DNA of 64,000 nucleotides, taken from positions 22,692,001 to 22,756,000 of the forward strand of contig CATNEN010000001.1 in the NCBI GenBank assembly GCA_950097015.1, in the 5' to 3' direction. The stretch is from Macrostomum hystrix (Eukaryota > Animalia > Platyhelminthes). Positions 38,860 through 51,544 of the stretch are shown one piece after another; position 1 is the first letter of the stretch, and the number at the start of each line of letters is the position of its first letter. The notes under the pieces were generated by a model. That model was not told where the DNA came from and searched no databases. It saw nothing but the letters and a program-made list of their open reading frames with translations. The translations under genes were made by a program, and so were the position numbers.

Positions 38860-41800
38860 ATGAGCGAAGAACCGAGCGTGCCTGAGATCAGCCACCCATC
38901 AGGTGAGTGCATGGGATATGCATTACCAAGCATTGGAACCCAAAACACCTAGCTATCCGTTTGTTCTTCTCATTAGGTGGCTTTTACTAATTGCAGGTGA
39001 CCAAAGACTGGCACTGTTTCTTTCTGAACCAGGTGTGACCCAAACTATTGGGTCACGCAAACTATTGGATCAAGCAAACGATTACTTGAATTTCTTGAAA
39101 ACTTGCGCCTTCAGTGTAAAGCAGCTGCAGCTGCAGAAGGATTTGTGTCTGAAAGACTCAGTGAACGGTACAAAAGAGGAAGTGCAGCAGCTAATCATTG
39201 TTGTCATTGTGAGCGAGTCAGTGGAATACCGCATGGAAACATGTCTAGATTTCATGATCGATCAGAAATTGTGCCAAGACCGTTTTCTATTGTTCTGCCG
39301 AATTAGAAACCCGGTTCAGACATCACCAGACCATCACGACGATAGTTTAGCAAACAACTTTTCGGACACCGATTTCAAGTACGGCAGCGTAATGATCGCC
39401 TACAAGTTCGATACGGCAGATATCATAGGGAAACTTCTTTGCGAGCTTGTTGATGCAAAGAATTCGCATTGGAGCAGTGAATGCGTTTCAGATATTCTAT
39501 ATTCCGATGCAGTAACAATCGGAATGAAAGTTCACCGCAGAAAGCCGGGTATCCGTAAGTTCCTGCGTGATATTATAGAACGACCCACCTGTTCGCTGCA
39601 GGATGAGAGTGCCCAGGAAGTTTCAGTGAAGCCGTGCGTGGAATTGAGCGACGAATGGAAAGATAGAAATGCCAAGCTGATCTACCCGAATGCGCGAGCA
39701 CCCAAAAAACCTACTGTGCTCATCATTTCGAATGTTAACAAAGGCGATAAACTTTGCCAGTCTATCCAGACTGATTTCGAAAGGCTGTGTCGGCTATTCA
39801 AGAAACTCGACTACACAGTGGCAAATGCGCAGACAGACAGTGCGGAAGTTCTAAAGCATAGAGTCGAAGTATTCACCCAATATCCCGATCACGGGGACTC
39901 TTGTGTCCTTGTTGTGCTAGATCAGGGTAATCTCAAAGAATCGCAAGTCGTTGGTATGTTCGAGAACTTGGCCAATAGTGAGATACTACGGGGCAAGCCC
40001 AGGCTATTTATTCTAAATGAGTTTGAGAGCACACTGCAGAGTGACTGCGATTCTGACTCAGTGCCGACAGGCATTTCAACGCTTCTGGCTGACGCCATAG
40101 ACTCCATGCAGAAGTATTTTAGTGTCCAGGATTCCACCATCAAGGTTCACCCGCAGAGTGGCGTAGTGTTTGGTTTTGCTAAAACTGCCGACAGAGCCGC
40201 TGAGCAAGGCAGCCCTTTCATAAAAAAGGTCTGCGAGACCTTCGCTGATTATGGAGGCACAGAGGATGTGGCTTCTATGATCAATTTGATTAATGAGCAT
40301 CCATGGCCCGAAAATAATAGGCCAGTTTGGACAATTCAGACCGTGAAGCTGTTTTACATCACTGATACGACCGGAATAAGCAGTGAGTAGCTTATTTCGA
40401 ATTGACAAATCTCATGTATGGAACAATTTTGCAAGTGAATTCAACGTAACTAAGTAAAAAAATTGCTGGGCAATGATAGATAGACTGCTAGACAATACTT
40501 TTTTAAAGCCTCGTACTCGTACCTTTTTCGCCATGATTTGCAACATTCATGATATATTTAGTACTCCTAGGATGAACTCGTTAGCAAAAAACTACATTTT
40601 GAAATAATTGTACCTCCCATTGTTTATCACCAGCCTCACACCAGGTCGTGTCACCGCAGGAACGGCAACAAGAGAAAAAGAAAAATCACCTAGTTAAATC
40701 TAACGCGGGTAAGTGCAACTGGGGGAGCTTCTTGACGAACAAGTTAGGAAATGCAGTAGAGAACCGGCACCACAACAGCTTACTTTAATGAACATTTTTC
40801 AGACAAAACTGGGTTCGCCATGATTCTGAGCGAGGGCTCATTCGATGCAGCCAGGAACTATCAGACTTTTCTTGAGTACGCCAGCTTTCATGTGCATTTC
40901 GACTTCATATCTGGCGAGATGGCTGCCCTTCAAAAGGCTATCAAATCGGTTCAGGAATACTGTACCGCCACTCTGGCCATCTTTGTTGTATTGCGCAAAT
41001 ATCGCGCTGGTGATGACCTGAATAAGCTCATCAATATCATCAAAGAAACAAGAGAAATGCCGTCAGAAAAAGTAGAGAGTGTGTTGCTAATTTTTTGCCA
41101 GGTAGCTGAACCTACGCTCAACGGCCCGCAAGAGCCTCCGAATCTGGAAACTGAAAGTTTGCCGGAGAAGTTCACAGTTGTGAATGTCTATGGCACAGAA
41201 GAGAAAGTACTAAAGTTTCTCGAATCCATGCTTGACGGTCCAAGAGAGCCCGAAGGATTGAACAACAGTTTTGTTGTTGGCAGGGACTTCAGTGAAGCTA
41301 ATGTTAACGAAGACTGTTTCAACATGACAGTGAACATTCATGATGAAAGGCCAAAATGGAGAAAGAGAATTACCTGGCTAGGTAACTTAAGCGCCCAGGA
41401 CATTGGACCCTCACCTGATCCACAAGTTAGCGATGACACGAGGTACGTTTTGAGAGATGAATTCCGTTTAGAGAAGGCTAGAAAAGAATGGCACCCCTGC
41501 CAAACGATTCATAGTCCTTTGCCAACACATGTACGTCGCGCACTCATTGTGCACAACGTTGTCTTCAAGGTAGAGCCATTCTGCACTCGCTTCGGCAGCC
41601 AGCATGACTGCCAACGCCTAACGGACTGCCTAATGGGGCTCGGCTTCAGAGTCAGCATCAGGTCTAACCTCAGCAAAGCTGAGATCGAGAAGCAAGTGCA
41701 GCAATTTTCTGACAGCGATGATCACAGCAGCACTGCCATTATTGCTTTCCTTTCTCACGGTCGTTTAGGTGAAATCATCGGCTCCGATGGCCTGTCAGTG

Positions 41801-42280
41801 GATGAGAATGAAATCCTAGCAAAATTCTCTAAGGGTACAGGAACTCGCGAAAAGCAGCAGTTGGCCATTTTTCAAACCTGCCGAATTTCACGCAAAGAGG
41901 CTGCGCTTCCGTCAATTTATCCAGGCATGATCATCGCTCACTCTACATCACCTGATGACGTGAGCCTCAGAGTAGCCAACAAAGGCAGTCGGTTCATTCA
42001 GAGCCTATGTACCGTCCTGGACTTATTCGCCACCAAGGATGACATCGTGACTCTCATACCGATCGTGAATTTCGTTATGGTGAACTCAATCTATGACGGG
42101 TTCAGTCAGCTACCCTACTGGATTGTGCAAACTGGGAAGAGACTCGTACTTGGAGAACAAGATAGCCCAAGCCCAAACGCTGGGATCGTGGTTAAAGAGC
42201 CCGGAAGAACGGCAGAGCCAAGACCCCCCTCTGACTGGGCGCCTGTGATTGACATCATGTTTGGTCAGCGGCATCACTAG
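38860..42280 (+). CDS. Tandem caspase gene 1 (pseudo-caspase unit + active caspase unit), ~993 aa. Exons: 38860-38902, 38997-40382, 40634-40708, 40803-42280
   Basis: All three introns are GT-AG, phase 1 and frame-preserving. The first unit lacks catalytic His/Cys (VLDQG, KPRLFILNEF); the second has FLSHG and IFQTCR. Confidence 0.8.
38997..40382 (+). CDS. Exon encoding an inactive caspase-like (peptidase C14) unit
   Basis: PTVLIISN, DFERLCRLFKKLDYTV, HGDSCVLVVLDQG, LRGKPRLFILNE, GSPFIKKVC; both catalytic residues are replaced. Confidence 0.85.
40803..42280 (+). CDS. Exon encoding a catalytically intact caspase (peptidase C14) unit
   Basis: RALIVHN, RFGSQHD, FLSHG, QTCR, IIAHST, SLR...GSRFIQSLC. 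Confidence 0.9.
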
Positions 42281-43640
42281 GGCGATCTGAACGCCCATTG
42301 TGTTGAGACTTCGTTTCATAGTCTCAAGCTAGCGTCTTAAATATATAGGAAAGCCAGCGTGACAAAAGGCAAAATGACAAAAGTAACCGAAATTAGCAGA
42401 GATGTTGATTAAGAACTCTATCCTAATTATTTTTATGCTGCTGTTTTAGCAATGTTTGAGCATCGTGATTCGCTACTGCTACAATAACATTAAATATCTA
42501 CCAAGCTCTCGATTTTAGCATCACCGTACTCAAACTTCATTTCTTCAGTAATGAGCTCTCTCTGATTTCTTAGATTCATTTTCCTTTCGTTTCAATACCA
42601 AAATACTCACCATTTTAGTGGCTTTGAAAATGTTTATCTTGTTAGTTTGCCTGATTTACGAATTTTATAAGCGCTGTTGCTGATATTCCGTTATGTTTGA
42701 TGGCCCTGCAAATCGATTTTTCAACCGCATCAAATTTTCGTTGTGATGTGACCCTGTCACTTTTGTTGAATTTGCCTCCCAATGGGACTTAATGTATTCG
42801 TTATATTTTTGTAATTTGATGTTCTGTTTTTTAATGTAATGTGCGCATTGTATAATGCAAATTGGGTTTAATTTGTTAAACTGCAAATTTCCTAGAAAAC
42901 AACATTTTAATTGGCTATTTTGTAACACTTTCCCTCAACAGTACGGTATTTCAAATTAGCGGAAGGGAAATCAGTTTACTTTCGGACAATACACTTGCTT
43001 CACACGCTGCCGCTCCGAAAAACGTTACCGCTCGATGCTCGCAGTGTAATTCAGTTTTAAAAATTATTATTGTTTACAATTTAAAACAAATGTATTGCGA
43101 ATACTCGAATATTGCGAAACTATTGATAGCGCGAACTTTATCATGTAAAAGAACTATTAAAAACATAATGATACGTTAGAATCGAGCTCGCGTGAAAGCG
43201 GCAAACCTCAAAGTACTACAATTTAATCAGCTAATTAGCTTTTGGCCTTACTTACGTGCACTAACACTTACCAAAAGTATTCTAACACAATACAATAAAT
43301 ATTGAACTGTGTTAGAGGGCGATTGATTTAACTGCTGCACCAAAATACTTCTTCGTCCCATTTTTTTCGTCACAGTGAAGATCAGTTGCAACCTTCAATT
43401 TAAAACTTCCCAAATGTAAACGTCACTTTATCATTTTTCATAAAAGCATATTTTTTAAGCTTGACTGTAATAGCATTGAATGTTTTCCACGTAGAGAAGA
43501 AAGAGCAAAGAGTTGATAGTTGATCTTTTTATTAAATTGTTGCTAAGATAAAAAATTAATTTCAGCACTCAAACTTACCGAATCCGTGGCAAAATAACAG
43601 AAACCTACTCCCGTGCTTCAAAGCAATTTCAAGACAAGTT

Positions 43641-46600
43641 ATGACTGAATCTGCTGACGCTCAAGAGACTAGCCTGCCAGGTACTCACAGTGAAAAAGTA
43701 AAATCTCTGCATATTTTGCCGCTAAATGCTATTCATTTGAATCTTTGTTAAAATTTCAGTGCATCCGGAAGCACAGGAGCCTTCAAGTGAGTCATTCACT
43801 GTTTCCTTCTTTTTAGTTTGCTCGAGGGCTACTCACACTTGTGCTCCTACGCGTTGTTGCACTTGCAACAATTGTTTGTAGTTTTTATGCAAGACAATGG
43901 TAGATTATATAGTATGTTACGGAGTTAAATAATGGCCATAACACGAGTGCGCGAAGCGTGTGCATCGAAAGAAAGGGGCGAAGGCCGAAAATTGTCTATG
44001 GCAATCATCAACCAATGAAAAGGCACGGGGGGAACCGGATGCAAAAGAGTCAAAAACGAAAATAGCCAGAGCCAGAATAGCAATCCATTCTATTCATTCA
44101 TCCATGGAGCCAAGCCAGACAGGCAGATAAGGAGCGGGCTGGGGGTGGGCGCACAAACAGAAGCTTAATTTTGACCAGGCCTTACAATTGGCTCGCGCAA
44201 AAATGCTAACTATAACAAGAAATTATCGATCGCAGAGTTCATGGAGCCTCCGGTCGCATTGCACAAATTGAGCTGGTTTCGTACTCTAACGTTTGCTTAA
44301 AGTAGCCAATAAAACACTTTCAAAATTGGCGGAAATGAATATTAAATTGACAAAATTCCAACATGAGTTAAAACGGCCCTAGTTAGATCCACATTCAATG
44401 ACAACGTCACATCATTTGGTGACACTAGAACCGCAGCCAGCGAGGAGGCAATTCTGCCCAATTCGCTCACTACTGAGCACACACGCATACTGTATGTAAA
44501 CACTCACACAGGTGTGTACATCTGCCCTGACTTTCTCATCGTCAGGCAGTGTACACTTCACTGTGCCTTGGAGGTTGGCCCTCATGGGCATGAATTGCAC
44601 CTCAAGCCCCCCAAGCCTTCTGTCCGCGGCTGCGCCCCAAATAAATGTCACCTCGCTGCGGAATCGAGCTCAGGGACCTTGGTGCGAGAGGCAAACGCGT
44701 TAACCGCTCTGCCACTCACACCCCGATGGTGATGATACATTGGTGGATCGATGATCGTTGATGATCGAGGATCGATGATACCTCGATCCTGGCGCTTGCA
44801 AAGCGCCTGGCCTGGCGCTTTGTCAAGCACTGCCGATCAAGGGCCGCCGATCTATGATAGGAATTGCACATTGTCTTTTTGAACGGTTGGATCAGATGTG
44901 CAGATAGTGGCAAAGCCGCGGCTACAGAGTGGCGCATAATAAAAGTTCTGTGTACAGCTGTTCAGTCAGGCTGAAAACCACATCGACCCGAATTTCTACT
45001 GGCACTTACTGGCTAATACTGGTACAGATGTGACAGCTCTGAAGTGATTGGGAATAGACGTGCTGAATGTCTTATTTTGATAATTGTGGAAAATCCGATG
45101 CTTTGTAAATATGCCAGCTATTGTTAAACGTTACAGAGACTGTCCCTTTGATTTCGTCAGAAAAACATGCACCAGCTGTGGGCTCAGTCAGCAGCGAAGT
45201 AGGTACGAAAAATATCACACAATTCTTTAAGAACTTTTCAACTTTGCGTCAACGATAAATTTCAGTCTAACCTTACGTCTCAGAGCCGATTTCGTTCCAG
45301 TTATCAACCAAACAACGAATTCTGAAATCGTGGGTGCAGAAGTCGACAAGATAGAGTTTGGTAAGCTCCTATTCCGTTGGAAATAAGCTTGGAATTAATT
45401 ATTGCAGTTAAGATCTGTATCACTATCATTTAAAGGATATATCTAAAAGACATGTTCTACTACTTAAAGCTTTCTGATTCTCAGTTTTTTTTATAAATGT
45501 TTGTCAGTCGTCTAATAGAAGCATACTACTGATTGATTTCAGACCATCAGCGCATGTTCTTAGTCTTTGCACAAGCTCCCACTGCGGAGCTAACTGCGTA
45601 CGCCAAGTTCATCGAAAGCTGCTGCTTCCACAAGCAGCAACTGCCTCTGCCCAAGAAGTCATCGAACCTGTTCGAAAACCTCGACTTTAGTCGCCTGCCC
45701 GTGAAGCAGATCGTATGCGTTGTTGTGTGCTCCAGTTCGTCTGCCTGTTGCATGGAAGACTTTCTGAAATTTCTCAGTCGATTCAACAAGGATGTGGATC
45801 AGGTTCTGCTCTACTGCAAGGTGTCCAACTTAGAGGGGGAAGGTAAAGATAAGCCAATGCGCGAGCAATTTAGCGACACAAAATTTCCGTACAAGAATAC
45901 TATAATCGGCTATCATAGGAGTGTCAGCAGTGAAGGCGTAGAGGCATTTCTGCGAAGTCTTCTAATCCAGCAAAAGACAAACTGGAGGGACATGTGCATG
46001 TCTAAGGTTCTGTTAAAAGTGGAAAGCGTATGCAGTGGGAAAACGTACAGTCCTGGATGGAGCGGCAGTACTCGTAGTTTCACGCGCGAAATTCTCTGGC
46101 CTTGCGAATCGCCAGAATCAATTTGCATCGAAGGTGCGGACTCGTTTGAAAACCAAGTCGACTCAAATGTAGTTGCCCCGCTAATCGATTATCTGTACCC
46201 GAACAAACGTGACATGAAGCCGCAGGCCCTCATAGCTATGAATATTTGGAGCTCAGGTGGAAAGCCGCACGCATCAATGCTCGCAGACTGGAAGCTTCTG
46301 TTGTGGCTGTTTGACAAACTGCACTACCAAGTAAAGGACGTGCAAACTGACGCTGCCAAGTACAACCAGCTTAAGGAGTGTGTTAGAAAGTTTGCTGAGT
46401 CCAGTTATCACGGAGACTCGAGTGTGCTGGTTATACTTTCGGAGACCAAACTGACAGCCGATTGCGTCAGCAGCATCAACGATTACATGACACACGGGAG
46501 CCAAATTACTGGAAAACCCAGGCTGGTGATTCTGCAAGATTACGATGCAAAGCAGATTGAATCGGCGGATGCTGCACCGAGTTCGCTCGCCCACTTCCTG

Positions 46601-48870
46601 CCCGATGCTGTGCAATCGATGCGTGACAGGTGGCGCATCTCCCTGCCGGATGAGAGAACTCATCCACTTAGCGGCATGATCTGGTGTCAGTCGACCACCT
46701 CAGTTACCGACTGTGACCGAGGCAGTCCGCTCATGCAGACCATCTGCGATATATTCATCGCCCACTCAGCCTCAGAAGATTTAGTTTCAATGATACCGCT
46801 CATTAATTCAAAGTTAGACCAGATGAAAGAAATTTTACCACTGTGGTGCGTGCAGACCTCCAAACTGTTCTACATCACTAACACAGCAACAGCACCAAAA
46901 AGTAGGTCGGATTTGCTAACTGCACTTCTCGCGATGCTGATAATAAGAAACCTGGTTGGATCTCAGCGCTCTGACTTCATAAAATTTTATCCCTTCCAGA
47001 TGAAATCGTCAGCAATGAGCCAGAAGAACCTCCCGGAACTGACAATGATCCAGGAGGCATTCTCCACGAGTCACACGTAATCTCAGAGGAAGTAGACCGG
47101 TCGCAGCTACCAAAAGATAAGTTCGGTGAGTTTTTAGCGCCCTAGTTTTTATTTCTAGACGTAAATAGAAGGATTTACCAGCGTTCTGATGACTTCCAAA
47201 AACTTTATCCCTTCAAGACGAAATCGTCAGCAATGAGCCAGAAGAACCTCCCGGAACCGACAATAATTCAAGAGCCATCCTACAAGACTCAGAGGAAGTA
47301 GACCGGTCGCAGCTACCAAAGGATAAGTTCGGTGACTATTTTAGCACTCTAATTTTAATTTCTAGACGTGTGAGAAGCTGAAGCAATGCCTTACTGAACT
47401 TTAGACCGGCCTGGCCTAGCCCTAGTTCTCACGGATGGACTTTTCGACTCAGCTCGCGATTATACAATGTTTCTGGAATTCGCCGGCTTTCGTGTGATTG
47501 CAGAGCGCATTGACATCCCGCGACAGTCTGCTCAGGAAGTTATTGCTTTACATCTTCAGCTCGGTGCTCCGAGCTCGAGCTCCACAATTGTGCTGGTCAT
47601 CAGGAAGCTAGGAACTGGTGATCAAGCAGACAGTGTGAAAGACATCATTGAAGCGATGAGAGCTACTTCAAGCGAAAGTGGTAGCTCTCTGCTGATCTAC
47701 TATGGAATAGTTGACCAGACGCCATCCGACATATGCCTACCAGATAATTTGCCGCAGAGGTTCTCAGTTGTCTACCATTGCGACACCGGTGATAAAATCG
47801 ATGTCCGGTTGAGACAGTTGATGAAGGAGCCTCGAAAAAAGCTGAAAAACACTATTTTGGCTGCGTGCGACTTTAAGAAACTAGCAAGGAAGGATGGAGA
47901 GCCTAAATTTACGTACAAATCGACTGACAGTAAGCCGGACTGGAGTTACACAATCAAGTGGCCCAGAAGTCGAGATATCAGAGGCGAGGAAAATAAGAAA
48001 GATGACCTGTTCTGTACAGCAAGCATGAGAAAGATGTGGTTTCCTGGGCTTGATTCTCAAGCTACCGATGCTCAAATAACAAACAGAGCCTTAATAGTTC
48101 AGAATGTAGTCTCTCAAAGCAAGGGCAAACGGGAAACGCGACTCGGAACCCAGAACGACTGCCAGAGACTAACCGACAGCCTGACGCGACTTGGTTACAG
48201 CGTATCGATCCGATCCAACCTGGCAGCAAATGAGATTCTGCAGGAGGTAAAAAGCTTTTCGGCAGCCAATAATCACGGTCGCTCGTGCGTTGTGGCAATC
48301 ATGTCTCATGGGTACCTCGGCGAAATCATGGACTGCAACAATCAACGGGTGGACGAAGCCGAGATTCTATCGAAGGTTCACGGTGGTAGCGGAATACAAG
48401 GAAAACAGAAGCTAATCGTCTTTCAAGCTTGCAGGCCGCTCAGAAAAGGCCACTTGACAAGGCCATGGCATACCATTCACTCCGACATGATCATCGCTCA
48501 CTCAACCTCACCAAACCAGTACAGCTACCGAAACAAGGTGCAAGGCAGTAGGTTTGTTCAAAGCCTTTGCTCGGTTCTAGATGAGTTCGGATCTGAAACA
48601 GACATTGTTACACTCATCAGTTTCGTGAACTTCATGCTGTTGAACTGCTTTTACGATGCCAAGCGTTCCAATCAGACAGACACTCAGCTACCGTTCTGGC
48701 TTGTTCAGACTAGAAGTGCCTTTGTTCTCGGTAATGTGAGACGAAACCGAAATGCTGGCTGCGCCGTAAGTGTTCCGGATGAAGAGAAGCCAAAAAAGTC
48801 AAAGTTTTCAGTCTCGGCTAGACTGGCAAGATTTTTCGAAATCTTTCGCCAACAAAAAGACGAGCTGTGA
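43641..48870 (+). CDS. Tandem caspase gene 2 (pseudo-caspase unit + active caspase unit), ~1077 aa. Exons: 43641-43680, 43760-43786, 45161-45202, 45301-45360, 45543-46901, 47000-47125, 47218-47331, 47405-48870
   Basis: All introns are GT-AG and phase 1, and the joined frame is open. The first unit lacks His/Cys (VILSET, KPRLVILQDY); the second has IMSHG and FQACR. The small 5' exons are less certain. Confidence 0.75.
44412..44724 (-). mobile_element. SINE family A, inside a predicted intron of caspase gene 2
   Basis: Reverse complement of the 35274-35585 and 679-757 sequences, including the A/B boxes. Confidence 0.82.
45543..46901 (+). CDS. Exon encoding an inactive caspase-like unit (paralog of 38997-40382)
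   Basis: QALIAMN, DWKLLLWLFDKLHYQV, HGDSSVLVILSET, GKPRLVILQDY, HPLSG, GSPLMQTIC, WCVQTSKLFYIT. Confidence 0.85.
47405..48870 (+). CDS. Exon encoding a catalytically intact caspase unit (paralog of 40803-42280)
   Basis: RALIVQN, RLGTQND, IMSHG, QACR, DMIIAHST, SYR...GSRFVQSLC. Confidence 0.9.
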
Positions 48871-49029
48871 CTACTCACCATTTTTATCCGACACTACTCA
48901 CTATCTCTCGCTATTTTAATATGAAAATAAATAGTTTTAATTAGATCAAGGTCTTCAATAAGACCCTGAGATCACTTAACGCTCCCTATATGCCTGTTGC
49001 AATCCAACATTTTATTTTAAACTCCATCA

Positions 49030-50835
49030 CATCTAAATCCCTCCCATCGAATCTAACACCCTCGCATCACATCTAACACCCTCGCATCACATCTAACACC
49101 CTCCCATCACATCTAACACCCTCGCATTACATCTAACACCCTCGCATCACATCTAACACCCTCGCATCACATCTAACACCCTCCCATCACATCTAACACC
49201 CTCGCATTACATCTAACACCCTCGCATCACATCTAAAACCCTCGCATCACATCTAACATCCTAGCATCACATCTAACATCCTAGCACCACATCTAACATC
49301 CAAGCATCACATCTTACACCCTCCCATCACATCTAACACCCTCGCATTACATCTAACACCCTCGCATCACATCTAACACCCTCCCATCACATCTAACACC
49401 CTCGCATTACATCTAACACCCTCGCATCACATCTAACACCCTCCCATCACATCTAAAACCCTCGCATCACATCTAACATCCTAGCATCACATCTAACATC
49501 CTAGCACCACATCTAACATCCAAGCATCACATCTTACACCCTCCCATCACATCTAACACCCTCGCATTACATCTAACACCCTCGCATCACATCTAACACC
49601 CTCGCAACACATCTAAAACCCTCGCATCACATCTAACATCCTAGCATCACATCTAACATCCTAGCATCACATCTAATAACCTCCCATCACATCTAACACT
49701 CTCCCATCACATCTAACACTCTCCCATCACATATAACACCCTCCCATCACATATAACATCCTCTCATCACATCTAACATCCTAGCATCACATCTAACACC
49801 CTCCCATCACATCTAAAACCCTCCCATCACATCTAATAACCTCCTATCACATCTAACACCCTCGCATCACATCTAACATCCTAGCATCACATCTAACATC
49901 CTAGCATCACATCTAATAACCTCCCATCACATCTAAAACCCTCCCATCACATCTAAAACCCTCCCATCACATCTAACACCCTCGCATCACATCTAACACC
50001 CTCGCATCACATCTAACATCCTAGCATCACATCTATCATCCTCCCATCACATCTAACACCCTCGCATTACATCTAACACCCTCGCATCACATCTAACACC
50101 CTCCCATCACATCTAAGACCCTCGCATCACATCTAACATCCTAGCATCACATCTAACATCCTAGCATCACATCTAACATCCTAGCATCACATCTAACAAC
50201 CTCCCATCACATCTAAAACCCTCCCATCACATCTAAAACCCTCCCATCACATCTAACACCCTCGCATCACATCTAACACCCTCGCATCACATCTAACATC
50301 CTAGCATCACATCTAACATCCTAGCATCACATCTAACATCCTAGCATCACATCTAACATCCTAGCATCACATCTAATAACCTCCCATCACATCTAAAACC
50401 CTCCCATCACATCTAAAACCCTCCCATCACATCTAACACCCTCGCATCACATCTAACACCCTCGCATCACATCTAACACCCTCGCATCACATCTAACACC
50501 CTCCCATCACATCTAACACCCTCCCATCACATCTAACACTCTCCCATCACATCTAACACCCTCCCATCACATCTAACATCCTAGCATCACATCTAACATC
50601 CTAGCATCACATCTAACACCCTCCCATCACATCTAACACCCTCGCATCACATCTAACACCCTCCCATCACATCTAACACCCTCGCATCGCATCTAACACC
50701 CTCGCATCACATCTAACACCCTCCCATCACATCTAACACCCTCGCATCACATCTAACACCCTCCCATCACATCTAACACCCTCGCATCGTATCTAACACC
50801 CTCCCATCGCATCTAACACCCTCGCATCACATATA
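49030..50835. repeat. 20 bp satellite (CACATCTAACACCCTC[G/C]CAT)
   Basis: About 90 in-phase tandem copies between caspase genes 2 and 3. Confidence 0.97.
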
Positions 50836-51544
50836 GCACCGCCAACACATAAATTGTCACGAAGTTAGACTTCTTGTTCCCTAAATTATGTTTCATTGCT
50901 TGTATTGCTCTATCTCCCATGTAGGATATGTCTACCCTATATTTACAGTTTTTAATAAATTCCAAAATATTTTATTCCAGCGATCTTACGCCAGTTTCAT
51001 AATAGTTGTTCTCGAAAAATTCTACAAACGCTTTAGCTACAACATCTGGAATGTTAAATGATTGTTTTTTATTTCTTCAATTATTGTTCCGCTAGAAATA
51101 AAAAACAGCACTGTACAGCGCTCTATACCTAACTCAGTGGGAGCTCATTTTTTAATGACTTGGTATTTTCTTTTGAATTGACAAAACTCTGAGGGCGTTT
51201 TGAGTCTAGAGGCTCTAGTCTCTGGCCTTCTATGAGGGGGGTGTAGATGGATGTAAATTTAATTATAATCCCGCAAGTCAATACTAGTATTAAGATTTAA
51301 CTAGGGTATACCCCCGTTAGGCAGAGGATGCAAAATTTAAACACAATGAAAATGCACATATTGAAGCCACAGGTTCTCCTTTTCTGGCACACAATTCTGC
51401 AAGCAACGTGTCTAGTGGCAGGTAAAAGGGTACGATGTAGGTCTATAAAAGCAGTACAATCCATTTTTAGTTAATTTAATTTCAAAAGCTTCGTTAGCTT
51501 AACATTTTGGAATAAAGAAAATCTTTGTAGTTTTCAAAATTCGA

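Noticed and set aside
38903-47080. ORF-track starts and stops (38903, 40820, 45533, 47080, 47467, 51731) as true gene boundaries of six separate caspases
   Set aside because: 38903, 45533 and 51731 lie in predicted introns; 40820 and 47467 lie downstream of in-frame acceptors; 47080 is reached only by reading through a donor. Paralog homology begins and ends at the splice sites.
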